Source of the DNA: an uncultured bacterium
Lineage (GTDB): Bacteria; Babelota; Babeliae; Babelales; Babelaceae
Length of the DNA: 64,000 bases
Reading direction: 5' to 3'
NCBI GenBank assembly: GCA_963713855.1
Contig: OY970209.1
Location: forward strand, 1,024,001 to 1,088,000
Each line of letters begins with the position of its first letter. Positions within the stretch are counted from its first letter, which is position 1. Shown here piece by piece: positions 48,510 to 59,251 of this stretch. The notes beneath the pieces are model-generated. The model was not told where the DNA came from and did no database searches. It saw only the letters and a program-made list of their open reading frames with translations. Both the position numbers and the translations under genes were made by a program.

Positions 48510-49061
48510 ATGTCTATTGCATTAATTCTCGGCGGTGCGCTTATTCTGCTCGTACTTTGGTTTATTAGTGGTTATAATAGGCTTATTAAGCTCAAGGGCT
48601 TTCTTGATGAAGCATGGAGCGGTATTGACGTGCAGCTTAAGCGCCGTAACGACCTTATTCCCAATTTAGTGGCTACGGTAAAACAATATAGCCTCCATGA
48701 AAAGGGGGTTTTGGAGTCTGTGGCGAATGCGCGGTCAGCTTCGCTACATGCAACAAACATTGAGCAAAAATCCCAGGCTGAAGGTGACCTAAGTCGTTCA
48801 TTGAAAACGTTATTTGCCGTTGCCGAAAACTATCCAGACCTTAAAGCCAACCAAAATTTCTTGAGTTTACAGGACGATCTTTCAAAACTTGAGTCGGACA
48901 TCCAGCTTGCGCGAAGATATTATAATGGTGCTGCACGTAACTATAATATCACTATCGGTACATTCCCTATGAGCGTCATTGCATCGCTTGCTCGATTTGG
49001 TAAGGCTGATTACTTTGAAGCGTCGCAATCTGAGCGTGAACAGCAACGGGTTACTTTTTAA
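48510..49061 (+). CDS. lemA: LemA family protein
   Basis: YNRL, AWSGIDVQLKRRNDLIPNLV, AVAENYPDLKA, ARRYYN, FP...IA. Confidence 0.95.
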   Translation: MSIALILGGALILLVLWFISGYNRLIKLKGFLDEAWSGIDVQLKRRNDLIPNLVATVKQYSLHEKGVLESVANARSASLHATNIEQKSQAEGDLSRSLKTLFAVAENYPDLKANQNFLSLQDDLSKLESDIQLARRYYNGAARNYNITIGTFPMSVIASLARFGKADYFEASQSEREQQRVTF

Positions 49062-50807
49062 TGACGCGATTTTTTTTAGGGATTCTTCTTGTAAGCACGC
49101 TAACCATTAGCGGCCAAGAACGCATACTCTCTTTCGATAGCCATATCACGATTAATACGGATTCTTCTGTTGACGTGCAGGAAACAATAACGGTCTTTGC
49201 GCAGGGCCAGAAAATAGTACATGGCATCATGCGTGAATTTCCAACACGCTATAAAGACCGCTATGGGCATGAGTATCAAGTAGGCTTTGCTCTTCAAGAA
49301 GCTCGCGTAAAAAATGAACAGAGCAAACTGCAAAAAGTTCCCGTAAAAACTGTTAAAAGAGCAAACGGTATTGTTCTGTATCTCGGAAACCCAGATAGAC
49401 GGCTGAGGCCGGGTATCTATACATACGTAATTCGCTATTCAGTAACGCGTGTCTTAGGCTTTTTTAAAGAGTATGACGAGCTTTATTGGAATGTAACCGG
49501 TAATGGCTGGAGATTTAGCATCGATGAGGCACGAGCGGTTATTAAGCTTCCTCAGGGTGTTAATGCAGAATCTCTTGTTTTTGATGCCTATACAGGGCCT
49601 TTTGGTACGCAGGGCAAAAATTTTACTACAACGAAGGATGCTGTTGGAAATCTTGTATTTCAAACGCAGCGTGCTCTAACACCTTATCGAGGGATTGACG
49701 GTAGCAGTTTCCTGGCCTAAAGGATTTGTGCGTGAACCTGGATTAGCCGCAAAGCTCATGTCGTTTTTAAGTGATAATATTTCTATTTTTCTTCTTCTGA
49801 TAGGGCTTATTCTGGCCTTTGCGCGGTATTTTTTAGCTTGGCTTGATGTAAGGCGAAGAAATCGGCCCGGTACTATTATTCCCTTATTTGAGCCGCCATT
49901 GGATCCTAAAACCGGAACTCCTTTACTGCCATGCGAAGTGCGCTACGTATACCGTAAAAAGTACGATGCTCAAACTTTATCCTCTGAGATAGTTAATTGT
50001 GCCGTGCACGGTTATCTTACAATTGACTACAAATCGGGTTTTTTTGAAGGTACTTATACTCTCCAAAAGACTCATCACAAAGTGCCGGATAAAGCACATC
50101 CTCTTCATGTTCTGATTCTTGACGATTTATTTGCCCGGAGGCAGCAGCTCGAGCTTACGCAATATTACGCTCGCGTACTTACGATTGTTGTTGAAGAAGT
50201 AGTAAATTGGCTTAAGGAGAATCAGGCTGGTACTTTTGCAACCAAGAGCGGTGTCATTTTTAGTGGTATCTTGATATCTGCGCTTTCCCTTATTGCGGGA
50301 GTTATGCTTATGTCGGGATCTGTCGGCCTTCTTTTCTTTGTACTGATCGTAGTTCTTATCTTCGTCAATTATCTATTTGCGACACGGTTGACGTATTATA
50401 CGCAAGAAGGCCGAAAGCTTGCGGATGAAATTGAAGGCTTTAAGCTTTTTTTAGAAACTGCAGAATCACCACGCCTAGCTATTGTAGGAACACCACCGAC
50501 CAAGACTCCCGAATTGTATGAAAAATACTTGCCGTACGCAATGGCTTTAGGAGTTGAGGAGCAGTGGACGCGGCAATTTACTCCCCTATTTAATATGCTC
50601 GAACGGAGGGGAAAACCTTATTATCCGTTGTGGTATTCTAACCCTCGTATGACAGCATTTAACCCGGCTACATTTAGTTCCGGCCTTAATAAATCACTAA
50701 ATTCTGCTATATCATCCTCGGTGCGTGTACCAGGAACAGTATCAGGCTCACGCGGCGGCGGTTCTTCAGGCGGCGGAGCTGGTGGCGGTGGCGGCGGTGG
50801 CTGGTAA
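49061..50807 (+). CDS. DUF2207 domain membrane protein, split by a one-base insertion near 49688
   Basis: ERILSFDS.I, DELYWNVTGNGW.F.I, YEKYLPYAMALGV, Gly-rich GGGGGGW end; removing C49688 gives YEGLTVAVSWPKG. Confidence 0.88.
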
Positions 50808-50963
50808 TAAAATACAAGCTTTCTGCACTCTTTGGAATAGCGCTTTTAAGCACACACTGCTCTAGTCCATTTGCCTAATTCTACGATTTATACTAAACTG
50901 TCCCTTAGTGTACTTTTGATATTTCAGTCTTTAAATTTATCGCGTGAATAAAGAGTTTATTAT

Positions 50964-51923
50964 ATGGATAGTATAGAAACTGTTAAGCTTACCAAGCATT
51001 TTATTTCTGGTAAAACCCGGGTTGAATCGGTTAGGGGCATTGACATTGTCGTAAAAAAGGGCGAGATATTTGGTTTTCTTGGACCTAATGGTGCAGGAAA
51101 GACAACAGCTATGCGTATGCTCACAACGCTTCTCACCCCGACGAGCGGCACCGCTCTTATAGATGGCCTTGACATTAAAGAGCAAGCAAATGCGGTGCGT
51201 ACGCGTATCGGGTATGTGAGTCAGGCTGGTGGCCTTGATCCCCATGCAACACCGCGTGAGAATCTTATCTTGCAGGGACGTATTTTTGGTATGTCTTTTT
51301 CTGAGGCGGCTAATCGTGCGCAGGAGCTTATTAAGCTTTTTGATTTGACCGAATACGCAGACAGGCCCGTAAAGACCTTATCGGGTGGTCAGCGAAGGCG
51401 AGCGGATATTGCTTTAAGTGTCGTTCATACTCCGCGTGTATTATTTCTTGACGAGCCAAGTACTGGGCTTGATCCTCAAAGTCGCGCATGTGTTTGGGAA
51501 GAAATTAAAAAAGTGCGTGCACTTGGTACAACCATTTTTCTTACAAGCCACTACCTTCATGAAGTAGATGTACTATGCGATCGCATAGCCATCATGGATC
51601 ATGGAACCATCGTTGCAGAGGGCACATCAGTGGCTCTTAAAAAACAGATCGCTGGTGACGTCATTACCGTTGGTTTTGGTGTTCTTGAGCACAAAGAACA
51701 GGCCCGAAGCCTTTTACGTGATCAAGGGTTTGTTCGATCATTGTGTGAAGACAATGACCTATTGCGTGTATACGTAGATCAGGGCGAGACTTCCTTGCCA
51801 CACGTGTTGCGCACGCTCGATCATGCGAGCTTAACAGTTAATACTATTTCGCTTGCGCGACCAAGCTTAGACGATGTTTTTTTAAAGCAAACTGGACGTT
51901 CACTTCAGGCAGCACAACAGTAG
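50964..51923 (+). CDS. ABC transporter ATP-binding protein (DrrA-like)
   Basis: GPNGAGKT, LSGGQRRR, LFLDEPSTGLDP, SLDDVFLKQTG. Confidence 0.93.
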   Translation: MDSIETVKLTKHFISGKTRVESVRGIDIVVKKGEIFGFLGPNGAGKTTAMRMLTTLLTPTSGTALIDGLDIKEQANAVRTRIGYVSQAGGLDPHATPRENLILQGRIFGMSFSEAANRAQELIKLFDLTEYADRPVKTLSGGQRRRADIALSVVHTPRVLFLDEPSTGLDPQSRACVWEEIKKVRALGTTIFLTSHYLHEVDVLCDRIAIMDHGTIVAEGTSVALKKQIAGDVITVGFGVLEHKEQARSLLRDQGFVRSLCEDNDLLRVYVDQGETSLPHVLRTLDHASLTVNTISLARPSLDDVFLKQTGRSLQAAQQ

Positions 51924-51930
51924 GAAAAAT

Positions 51931-52695
51931 ATGAAGCTTATTCGTGATATTCAGCTTATTTACGGGCGTAGCTTTCAAGTAACGTTACGTAATCCGGTCT
52001 TTGTCATATTCGGTTTATTTAATCCGCTCTGCTTATTATTCCTTTTTGCACCGCTTTTAGGTTCTTTAGCAAAATCTCCAGGGTTTCCATCGGGGAATGC
52101 GCTTTCTATGTTTGTTCCCGGACTCCTCATAATGATTGCGCTTTATGGTTCTTCGTTTGTTGGCTTTGGGCTTTTAGACGATGTCCGATCAGGTGTCTTA
52201 GAGCGTTTTAAAGTAACTCCACTCTCTCGCAGTGCCATCCTTTTTGGCATGGTATTAAGGGACGTAACCGTGTTACTTGCTCAAGCAATACTCATGCTTG
52301 TTTTTGCGGCGTTATTCTTCGGACTTTCATTGAGTCTTTCTGGTGTGTGCGCTACGCTCGCATTAGTGAGCATAATCGGATTTGCTATAGCCTCTTTTTC
52401 GTATAGCGTAGCATTGGCTGTGGGTAATGAAGATGCGCTTGCTGCTACCGTTAATTTTTTTATTGTTCCAACGCAGTTATTAGCAGGAATTATGTTGCCT
52501 TTAACGCTTGCTCCGTTATGGCTTCAGCGGCTTTCATACATAAATCCCTTGTCCTACGCCGTAAGCGCTGCGCGTGTCTTATGCGCTGGCAACGGCTATA
52601 ATCAAACGGTTTTGTTTGGCTTTGTCGCTGTTTTATTACTTCTGCTCGTATGCTGCACATGGGGCGTGCGCTCTTTTAAAAAGAATGCTGTTTGA
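51931..52695 (+). CDS. ABC-2 type permease (DrrB-like)
   Basis: Six TMs; FVPGL, GVLERF.VTPLSR, P.WL..LS..NPLSYAV. Confidence 0.9.
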   Translation: MKLIRDIQLIYGRSFQVTLRNPVFVIFGLFNPLCLLFLFAPLLGSLAKSPGFPSGNALSMFVPGLLIMIALYGSSFVGFGLLDDVRSGVLERFKVTPLSRSAILFGMVLRDVTVLLAQAILMLVFAALFFGLSLSLSGVCATLALVSIIGFAIASFSYSVALAVGNEDALAATVNFFIVPTQLLAGIMLPLTLAPLWLQRLSYINPLSYAVSAARVLCAGNGYNQTVLFGFVAVLLLLLVCCTWGVRSFKKNAV

Positions 52696-52811
52696 GGTGA
52701 GTAAAGTTTATTAAAAACGTTCTTGCCCCTCGAGAACCGTATTGTTTTTTTTAGTGCGGCATCTTTTTTTAAATGGGTTATACTTCTTCTATTATGTCAT
52801 AGGAGTCAAAT

Positions 52812-53351
52812 ATGATCACTAAAACGTTAAAACCCGATAAGAAAAATGTTCTAAAGTCTTCTAGGTTAGAAACTGAACTTGGTTCTATGTTAGTGATAGC
52901 CGACGAAAATGCTTTATATCTTCTGGAATTTGCTAATAGGCGCCATTTGGAGCAAGAAATTGAGCGGCTCAAGAAAAAAACTGGAATGTCCGTTGTTCCT
53001 GGTCGTACTAAGGCGATAGATTCAATTGAAGCTGAGCTGAAGCAGTATTTTGCTGGAAAGCTTCATACATTCAAGACACCCTTCACTTTTTTAGGATCTC
53101 CTTTTCAAAAATCTGTCTGGAAAGCTTTAGAAGAGATACCCCATGGAAAAACGTCTTCTTATGCGCAGGTAGCAGCTCTGTTAAAAAAGCCCTCAGCCTT
53201 TCGTGCCGTTGCAAATGCAGTTGGTTCAAATAATCTTGCTCTTATAATTCCTTGTCACCGAGTTATCAATAAGGATGGGCGCATGGGTGGATACGCGGCC
53301 GGACTTGAACGAAAAAAGTGGCTATTAAAGCACGAGAGTGTTGGAGTTTAA
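52812..53351 (+). CDS. ogt: Methylated-DNA-[protein]-cysteine S-methyltransferase
   Basis: GSPFQKSVW..L..IP.G, RAVANA, IIPCHRVI, GGYAAG. Confidence 0.93.
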   Translation: MITKTLKPDKKNVLKSSRLETELGSMLVIADENALYLLEFANRRHLEQEIERLKKKTGMSVVPGRTKAIDSIEAELKQYFAGKLHTFKTPFTFLGSPFQKSVWKALEEIPHGKTSSYAQVAALLKKPSAFRAVANAVGSNNLALIIPCHRVINKDGRMGGYAAGLERKKWLLKHESVGV

Positions 53352-53929
53352 TGATGCTTAATAAAGATGGCAAAAAGCGGTGCTTTGGCAATGAAGAGGG
53401 CGAAGAATTACTTCGCGAGTATCACGATACCGAGTGGGGTGTTCCATCGCATAACGACAAGCACCTTTTTGAAATGCTCACTTTAGAAGGTGCTCAAGCT
53501 GGTCTTAATTGGCAAATGATTCTTAAAAAGCGTGCAGGATATCGTAAGGCATTTCATAACTTTGATATTCATCGAGTAGCCTCAATGACTGATGCTGAAT
53601 TGCAGAAGTTATCTTATGATGAAGGTATCATTCGTAATCGATTGAAAATACGCTCTGTGCGCAATAACGCTCGTGTTTGCCTTGACATCATAAAGGAATA
53701 TGGTTCTTTCAGCAAATATGTATGGAGCTTTGTTGGTGGTAAGCCAATAAAACATCATTGGAAGTCGCTCAATGATCTTCCCGCAACGACGCGTGAAAGC
53801 GATGCTTTATCGAAAGACCTTAAAAAACGTGGAATGAGCTTTGTAGGTTCTACAATTATCTATGCTTTTATGCAAGCTGTTGGCTTAGTTAATGATCATA
53901 TTACATCATGTTGGCGTTACGGAAAGTAA
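53351..53929 (+). CDS. tag: DNA-3-methyladenine glycosylase I
   Basis: RC, YHDTEWG, LFEMLTLEGAQAGL.W, IIRNRLKI, FVGSTI.YAFMQAVG.VNDH...C. Confidence 0.95.
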   Translation: MMLNKDGKKRCFGNEEGEELLREYHDTEWGVPSHNDKHLFEMLTLEGAQAGLNWQMILKKRAGYRKAFHNFDIHRVASMTDAELQKLSYDEGIIRNRLKIRSVRNNARVCLDIIKEYGSFSKYVWSFVGGKPIKHHWKSLNDLPATTRESDALSKDLKKRGMSFVGSTIIYAFMQAVGLVNDHITSCWRYGK

Positions 53930-53982
53930 GCTAATGCAAAAATTGGTGCATGTGTAAATCGATACTTGCACCACAATGCATG

Positions 53983-54753
53983 TTAAGCGTTGGATCCCGA
54001 ACCAAAATTTAAATAATGATTTTGGTAAAGCCATACAATGACTAATACCGCTAAGGTCGCAGATAGGATTTTTGTAATGTTTGCTTGATTAGCTTCTCGA
54101 ACTTCTCTTTGACGATCTCGACGTTCCATCCGTCTTTCGCGCCGTTCTCGCTGTGCCTGAGCTGCTTCAAAGTTTGCATTCCACACTTCTTCTATCTCGA
54201 CAAGAAGTTCTTCTCTTTCAGAAGCATAGGCTTGCTGATTTGCGATGGCTCTGAGTAATTGCAATGGAGTTTCTGGTACCTCAGCAGTGGTGGCTTTAGG
54301 GTCTGCTCCAGCTACAAGAAGACCGTATATACCATCCCAATCTCCTACCATTGCAACCGCCTGCAAAGGTGTTGCTCTTATGATTGATGGGCCTCCCTCA
54401 GGGTAGACGCGAAAGTCACCCAGGTTAAAAAATGGCGCAGGGCTATTAATATCACCATATCGTCGTATATGTTTTTGCAAAGCCTTCTTATACTTGCCAG
54501 CTTGGCCAGTTAGTGAATCAGCAGCTACAGAGACAATATCCTCGGCCTGAACGTCATGGAAGGAGGCGCTTCTAGTTACATATATTCTGCCGTCGGGTAA
54601 AACAAGTCGGATTTGTTTGTTGCCGCATACAAATCTATCGTGGAGAAGGTAGCTAGTTGATCGGGGGGCGCTCCATATGGTTTTACGCTCCATACCTGTT
54701 GCTATAAAAGATAAACCGAGAGCACTTGTAAAAATAATAGTAATTATTTTCAT
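53983..54753 (-). CDS. Secreted/anchored hypothetical protein with one ankyrin-like unit, copy A
   Basis: Signal peptide; ATPLQAVA..G...LLVAGAD; Arg/Glu-rich coil; C-terminal TM. Confidence 0.75.
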   Translation of the reverse strand: MKIITIIFTSALGLSFIATGMERKTIWSAPRSTSYLLHDRFVCGNKQIRLVLPDGRIYVTRSASFHDVQAEDIVSVAADSLTGQAGKYKKALQKHIRRYGDINSPAPFFNLGDFRVYPEGGPSIIRATPLQAVAMVGDWDGIYGLLVAGADPKATTAEVPETPLQLLRAIANQQAYASEREELLVEIEEVWNANFEAAQAQRERRERRMERRDRQREVREANQANITKILSATLAVLVIVWLYQNHYLNFGSGSNA

Positions 54754-54928
54754 CGTTTTTCTGTCTTTCGATAAGAGTATTTAATCCCGTTATTATAGCA
54801 ATTTTATTTTCCGATAGGAAGCTAGAATTCCTGCAGAATTAACGCATCCGAGTAACTATTTTTCCGAACAATTTTGAAAAAAACGTGAATCTCCACACTT
54901 CGTGCTAACGTTATCGAAAGATAGTTTG

Positions 54929-55696
54929 CTAGCCGAAGCTTGACGTAGTTGTATGATGAGAAATCAAATGCATTATCAAACCGAGCAGTATAGCAAGTAA
55001 GACTGGATTTATCTGCTCCCGCTGTTGCACAATTGCTCGCCGCCTGACTCGTTCTTCTCTTCTTCTTTGTTGTACCTCCGGCATTACCGGCGGTTCGCGT
55101 CTTTGTTCTCTTAATAGCCTAGCTGATTCAAGCGTTTCATCCCAGGCGGCTCTTACATCAGCACCAAGGCTTGAGCTTGATTCTTGATTTTGTGCGTTTG
55201 CTGCTATGAGTAATAGCTCCAATGGAGTTTCAGGAACATCACTAGTTGTCGCTTGCGAGTCAGCGCCTTCCACAAGTAATCCATGTATGATATTGAGATT
55301 GCCTAGCACTGCGGCTGCTTGAAGTGGTGTTGCCATGAGCGGCCTCAAACCTCCTTCAGGATACTCATTAGCACTTGCAAGTGTAAAAAAGGGCGCCGGT
55401 TCGTTAATGCCGCCGTACCTACCGATATGTCTTGCAAGAGCTCGCTCAATTTCTACGGCGTTGTGAACTGATCGTGGATCAGACACTGCCGCCATGTCTA
55501 TGGCACGGTGCATTGTTCTTGCCAAATATCTGCGTCCATCAGGTAAAATGAGCATTGCCTTTTTTTGATCACGTACCAATCTAGATTGGTTGAGTAAATA
55601 TACTTGCTTGGGTGCAACCCATTTTTTATCATGCATAGCATTAGCCACAGAGGCTATACCAAGAATACTTATACAGACGGTGAAGAATATTTTCAT
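54929..55696 (-). CDS. Paralogue of 53983..54753, copy B
   Basis: Shared W.AP, LPDGR.Y, HI.RYG.IN.PAPFF.L, YPEGG, ATPLQA, ATT..VPETPL.LL. Confidence 0.75.
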   Translation of the reverse strand: MKIFFTVCISILGIASVANAMHDKKWVAPKQVYLLNQSRLVRDQKKAMLILPDGRRYLARTMHRAIDMAAVSDPRSVHNAVEIERALARHIGRYGGINEPAPFFTLASANEYPEGGLRPLMATPLQAAAVLGNLNIIHGLLVEGADSQATTSDVPETPLELLLIAANAQNQESSSSLGADVRAAWDETLESARLLREQRREPPVMPEVQQRRREERVRRRAIVQQREQINPVLLAILLGLIMHLISHHTTTSSFG

Positions 55697-56071
55697 GTGT
55701 ACATCCTTGGTACATACGATTGATATATTTTTTCTTAATATATCAATATTCTTCTAATTATTCAATAAGTATATTCTACTGGAATTTAAAAAACCGACAT
55801 CACATTTGTTTTGAGAATTCAGTATAGAGCTACTGATTTTCTCGTAACCAAGGAGTCTGTTGGTGAGTAACCTTTAAGCACAATGTTCGCTTTGTAAAGG
55901 AGGGCCGGCTCTGCATATTCCTCTTTTATCGCAGTTGTATAGCAGTGCCATTTCATCATTTTCTCATGCGTCGCTGAGCGCATTCTAGCTCTATTACCTT
56001 CTCATTTTTCTTTAGATAATTTAAAGAGTACTAGGCTGTTATTTGGCTTCTTCGGTTTGGAAGGTAGGAAA

Positions 56072-59000
56072 TTAATAGGGTGTTTGCAACAAGTGTGCCA
56101 ATTGAGCACTTTCTTTGTAATCAAGCTGAGCCAAGGAAGCTCCCGTGTATTCATGGAAATTCTCCATGAGGCTGGCTAATAAAAAATTGAGCAGTGCATC
56201 ATCATGAAGCGCAGTGTATTCTTTAAAAATGTGCCGTAGTTCGAGAATCCAATTTTTAAGGTATGGAATGGTGTGTCTATTTTTTTTATGGGCACCAGCT
56301 AAAATTGGAATGAAGGATTGGTATGGTGTTTTATACATATTTTCGCGTAATATTTTGTCGAGTGCTTTGACTTTTTTGATGCTTGTGAGTATATGGGTTT
56401 GAGCACTTTTAGGAATGTCATGCGGATTTTTTAAGCTATGATACTGTGGTGCATTTTTTTCTAAAGAAGTTATTGAAGCATTTTTGATAATTTTTAAGAT
56501 TTCTGAGGTTGAAAATTCCTGGTAAAAGCCTTCTTGTGCGCCCATTTTTTCTGAATCTAGTGCAAATTTCTTAAGCTCGCTATTTGATTTTCCAAGAGCT
56601 ACAAAAAGCGTTTGCAATGGTGTTTTTCTATCGATAGCCTCGCGTGCCTTTTTTAGCACGTCATAGTCTATCTTTGATTGCCCATCAGTTATTACGACAA
56701 TATTTGCTCCATCAAATAGGCCGGCATTTGCTATAAGTTCCATTGCTTTTAAAAGAAAAGCTTGTATATCCGTTCCACCGCGGGTAGTTTTAAAAAGGTC
56801 TCGGTTTTTAAGGATATAAAGTGCTTCTTGAGCGTTAGTGATTTTAACCGGTTGTCCAATTTTGTTGTCAAAGGGAACAAGGACCACTTTGTGGCGATGA
56901 TGGCCCTGAGGCGAAGTATCGCTCAATGCTCTGCTTATAAATGCCAAAATAAGGGCTTCTTGGAATGTTTCTAACTCTCCTTGCATGCTGGCTGACGTAT
57001 CAAATCCGACAATTGTTATGCGCTCTTCTTCTTTTACAGGTCCTTTTTCTTTAGTGAGTTCTTTTTTGCGCTTAGAAAGCATGTATGCTTGGCCGCGAGC
57101 TATGCTTTTTAATACGTCTTGACCGGGTCTTGCTATTACTTTATTCCAATCGTTAAGGCGGTCAACAGGCACAAGGTCTCTACCGCGTTTAGGAGCATCT
57201 ACTTGCCATTTTTTACTCAATGAATACTTTGGCTTTTTTGAGCCCTGAAGTATGAAATTGCTGTGCTTATAGACAGCGTTAATAAGAAGCTTATTGTTAA
57301 GTTTTCCTGCTTTTAGGTCATCAGCTAAACGATTGATATCAATAGTTCCGGGCTTTGTAAGCTCATACTCTTGGCTTACAGCTTGCCAAATAAGCGGTGG
57401 GCAAGTTTCTTTGAACTCTTCAACAAGTGTCGTGTCTAACGGCGCGTAATCTTTAAGCCCGTCAAGTAGTTTGAGCACGGCTTTAAGCTCCTTGACAATT
57501 TCCTCTAACACATTTGTTGTAGTAGTATCTATTTTGACGTAGCTTTGGCAGTGAATGAGTATGCTTATCATTTGCATAATCTCTTTATATGTTGTGGTAA
57601 TTTTTTGCTCAAAAATTTTCCCGTTTAGGTTTTTGAGCCATTCATAGAGTGTAGGGTGCGGTTTTGTATGCAGAAGCTCACCTTCTTCTGTCTTTATTTT
57701 TTGCGCATCGTTTGCTTTATTGAACAAGCTTTTTACGGCATTTAATCGTGCAAGAATCGCATCTGAGGAAGAAAGGGGGTTAAAAGTGTACGTGCATAAA
57801 AGCTCGATAAGGTAATGCTTTAGTGGATTTATAAGGCCGTTGTTGTCATGGTGTACTGTCGGATAATCTTCTTGCCTCGCGTCATCATTTTGATCTGTGC
57901 GTTCTGTGTTTTTATTAAGCTTGCTCTTTTCAGGCTCTACATTGGATTCCTGTTGTTGGGCAGGACTTGCTGGTGCTGGATCATAGGTATGCCAAGCGTC
58001 GTCATAAAACACTTCTACCCACATGTGGGCGTTATTGGGTAGTTCGACATAACTTGTATCGCTATCTTGCTGCGCTTTATACCCGGCAACTACTCTGCAA
58101 GGAATTGCAAACACGTCCCTTATAATGCTTACCATGATATATGCTGCCATATCACACTGGAAAGAGCCACTTTTTAAAGCGGATATGGGGTCTTTTTCGG
58201 GTTTGGCATTCTTAATATAGGTATATTGTGTTGCAATATGGTCAGCTATGGCTTTTGCGATTGTTGCTGGGTGATCTGTGTCCTTGTTGTAGGCGTTAAT
58301 TATCCCTATTTGTATATCGTCGGGCCATTCGTGTACGTCAAAGCCTACGCGTTGAGTTGCAATTTCGTGCTGGAGTTGGGTGAGAGTATTTGCTTTTGGT
58401 TTTTCGAGGGTTATTGTTACCGTTGCGTACTCTTTTTTAAGTATGACGTCATATGAGCCATTGCCTCTATCTTCGACGTAGACATCAGGTTCGAGGGTTT
58501 TTGCTGGTATATAGCCGCTTGGTATTAATAGCCTAAGCAATTTTGCACCCGCAGTTTTAACGGTGAGTGTTTTTGATTCAGCTAATTCATAGGATTTTGG
58601 GGCGGCATCCCAAAACCGCTTACGTGCTTGAAAAACGTGAGATCGATTGCGGGCTATCGAGGTGTACGTTGCATGGTAAAAATAGGCAGTGTTGAAATTT
58701 GCTTCGGCTATACGCTGTTTTGGGCCTTCTATATCGGTGCTGTCTTTTGTGTGTGGAGAATACTCGTCACTAGGCATGTTCAGCTTGTCATTGTGTTCTT
58801 CGAAGGGATGTTCGCCTTTTGGGCATGCTTTAAAATGCTCAATGTATTCGTCAAGTGCTTGGAGAGCTAAAACGTTTGATTGAAGATCTTTAAGCTGTGT
58901 TTCTTTGCTTTTTAAAAGCATAAGTGCATCATCGATAATTGCATCGACAAGCTTAGTATTGAATGTTTTTGCCCGAATTTGTTTAAGTTCGTTTTGTATT

Positions 59001-59251
59001 TTAAACAGTGGAGAGCCGATGCACTCATCCTCTATAGAACGCTTTAAGAGATTTATATAGATACGATTTGCTTCATCGATTGTTATAGCAAACCGGAAAG
59101 GATTTTTGTATATGCCGAGTCTCTCTTGATAGTCGTGTAAGGCTTTCAGGGTAGTTTTTTTTAATGCTTGATATTCGCCACATGGCAGGGTTAGGGATAG
59201 GTTTATCCACAGCATTGCCGGTATGATGTACTTATTCGTCTTCATTTTCAT
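56072..59251 (-). CDS. Transglutaminase-like domain plus vWA (ViaA-like) fusion protein with signal-peptide-like N-terminus
   Basis: FQCDMAA...IPCRVVAGY...AHMWVEV...WHTYDP (Cys-His-Asp triad); MIDAS FDTSASM...GGTDI...IVVITDG. Confidence 0.85.
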   Translation of the reverse strand: MKMKTNKYIIPAMLWINLSLTLPCGEYQALKKTTLKALHDYQERLGIYKNPFRFAITIDEANRIYINLLKRSIEDECIGSPLFKIQNELKQIRAKTFNTKLVDAIIDDALMLLKSKETQLKDLQSNVLALQALDEYIEHFKACPKGEHPFEEHNDKLNMPSDEYSPHTKDSTDIEGPKQRIAEANFNTAYFYHATYTSIARNRSHVFQARKRFWDAAPKSYELAESKTLTVKTAGAKLLRLLIPSGYIPAKTLEPDVYVEDRGNGSYDVILKKEYATVTITLEKPKANTLTQLQHEIATQRVGFDVHEWPDDIQIGIINAYNKDTDHPATIAKAIADHIATQYTYIKNAKPEKDPISALKSGSFQCDMAAYIMVSIIRDVFAIPCRVVAGYKAQQDSDTSYVELPNNAHMWVEVFYDDAWHTYDPAPASPAQQQESNVEPEKSKLNKNTERTDQNDDARQEDYPTVHHDNNGLINPLKHYLIELLCTYTFNPLSSSDAILARLNAVKSLFNKANDAQKIKTEEGELLHTKPHPTLYEWLKNLNGKIFEQKITTTYKEIMQMISILIHCQSYVKIDTTTTNVLEEIVKELKAVLKLLDGLKDYAPLDTTLVEEFKETCPPLIWQAVSQEYELTKPGTIDINRLADDLKAGKLNNKLLINAVYKHSNFILQGSKKPKYSLSKKWQVDAPKRGRDLVPVDRLNDWNKVIARPGQDVLKSIARGQAYMLSKRKKELTKEKGPVKEEERITIVGFDTSASMQGELETFQEALILAFISRALSDTSPQGHHRHKVVLVPFDNKIGQPVKITNAQEALYILKNRDLFKTTRGGTDIQAFLLKAMELIANAGLFDGANIVVITDGQSKIDYDVLKKAREAIDRKTPLQTLFVALGKSNSELKKFALDSEKMGAQEGFYQEFSTSEILKIIKNASITSLEKNAPQYHSLKNPHDIPKSAQTHILTSIKKVKALDKILRENMYKTPYQSFIPILAGAHKKNRHTIPYLKNWILELRHIFKEYTALHDDALLNFLLASLMENFHEYTGASLAQLDYKESAQLAHLLQTPY

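Noticed and set aside
55820..55960. Possible 46-aa minus-strand ORF (MMKWHCY...) in the intergenic gap
   Set aside because: No convincing RBS or similarity; a chance ORF or unidentifiable remnant.
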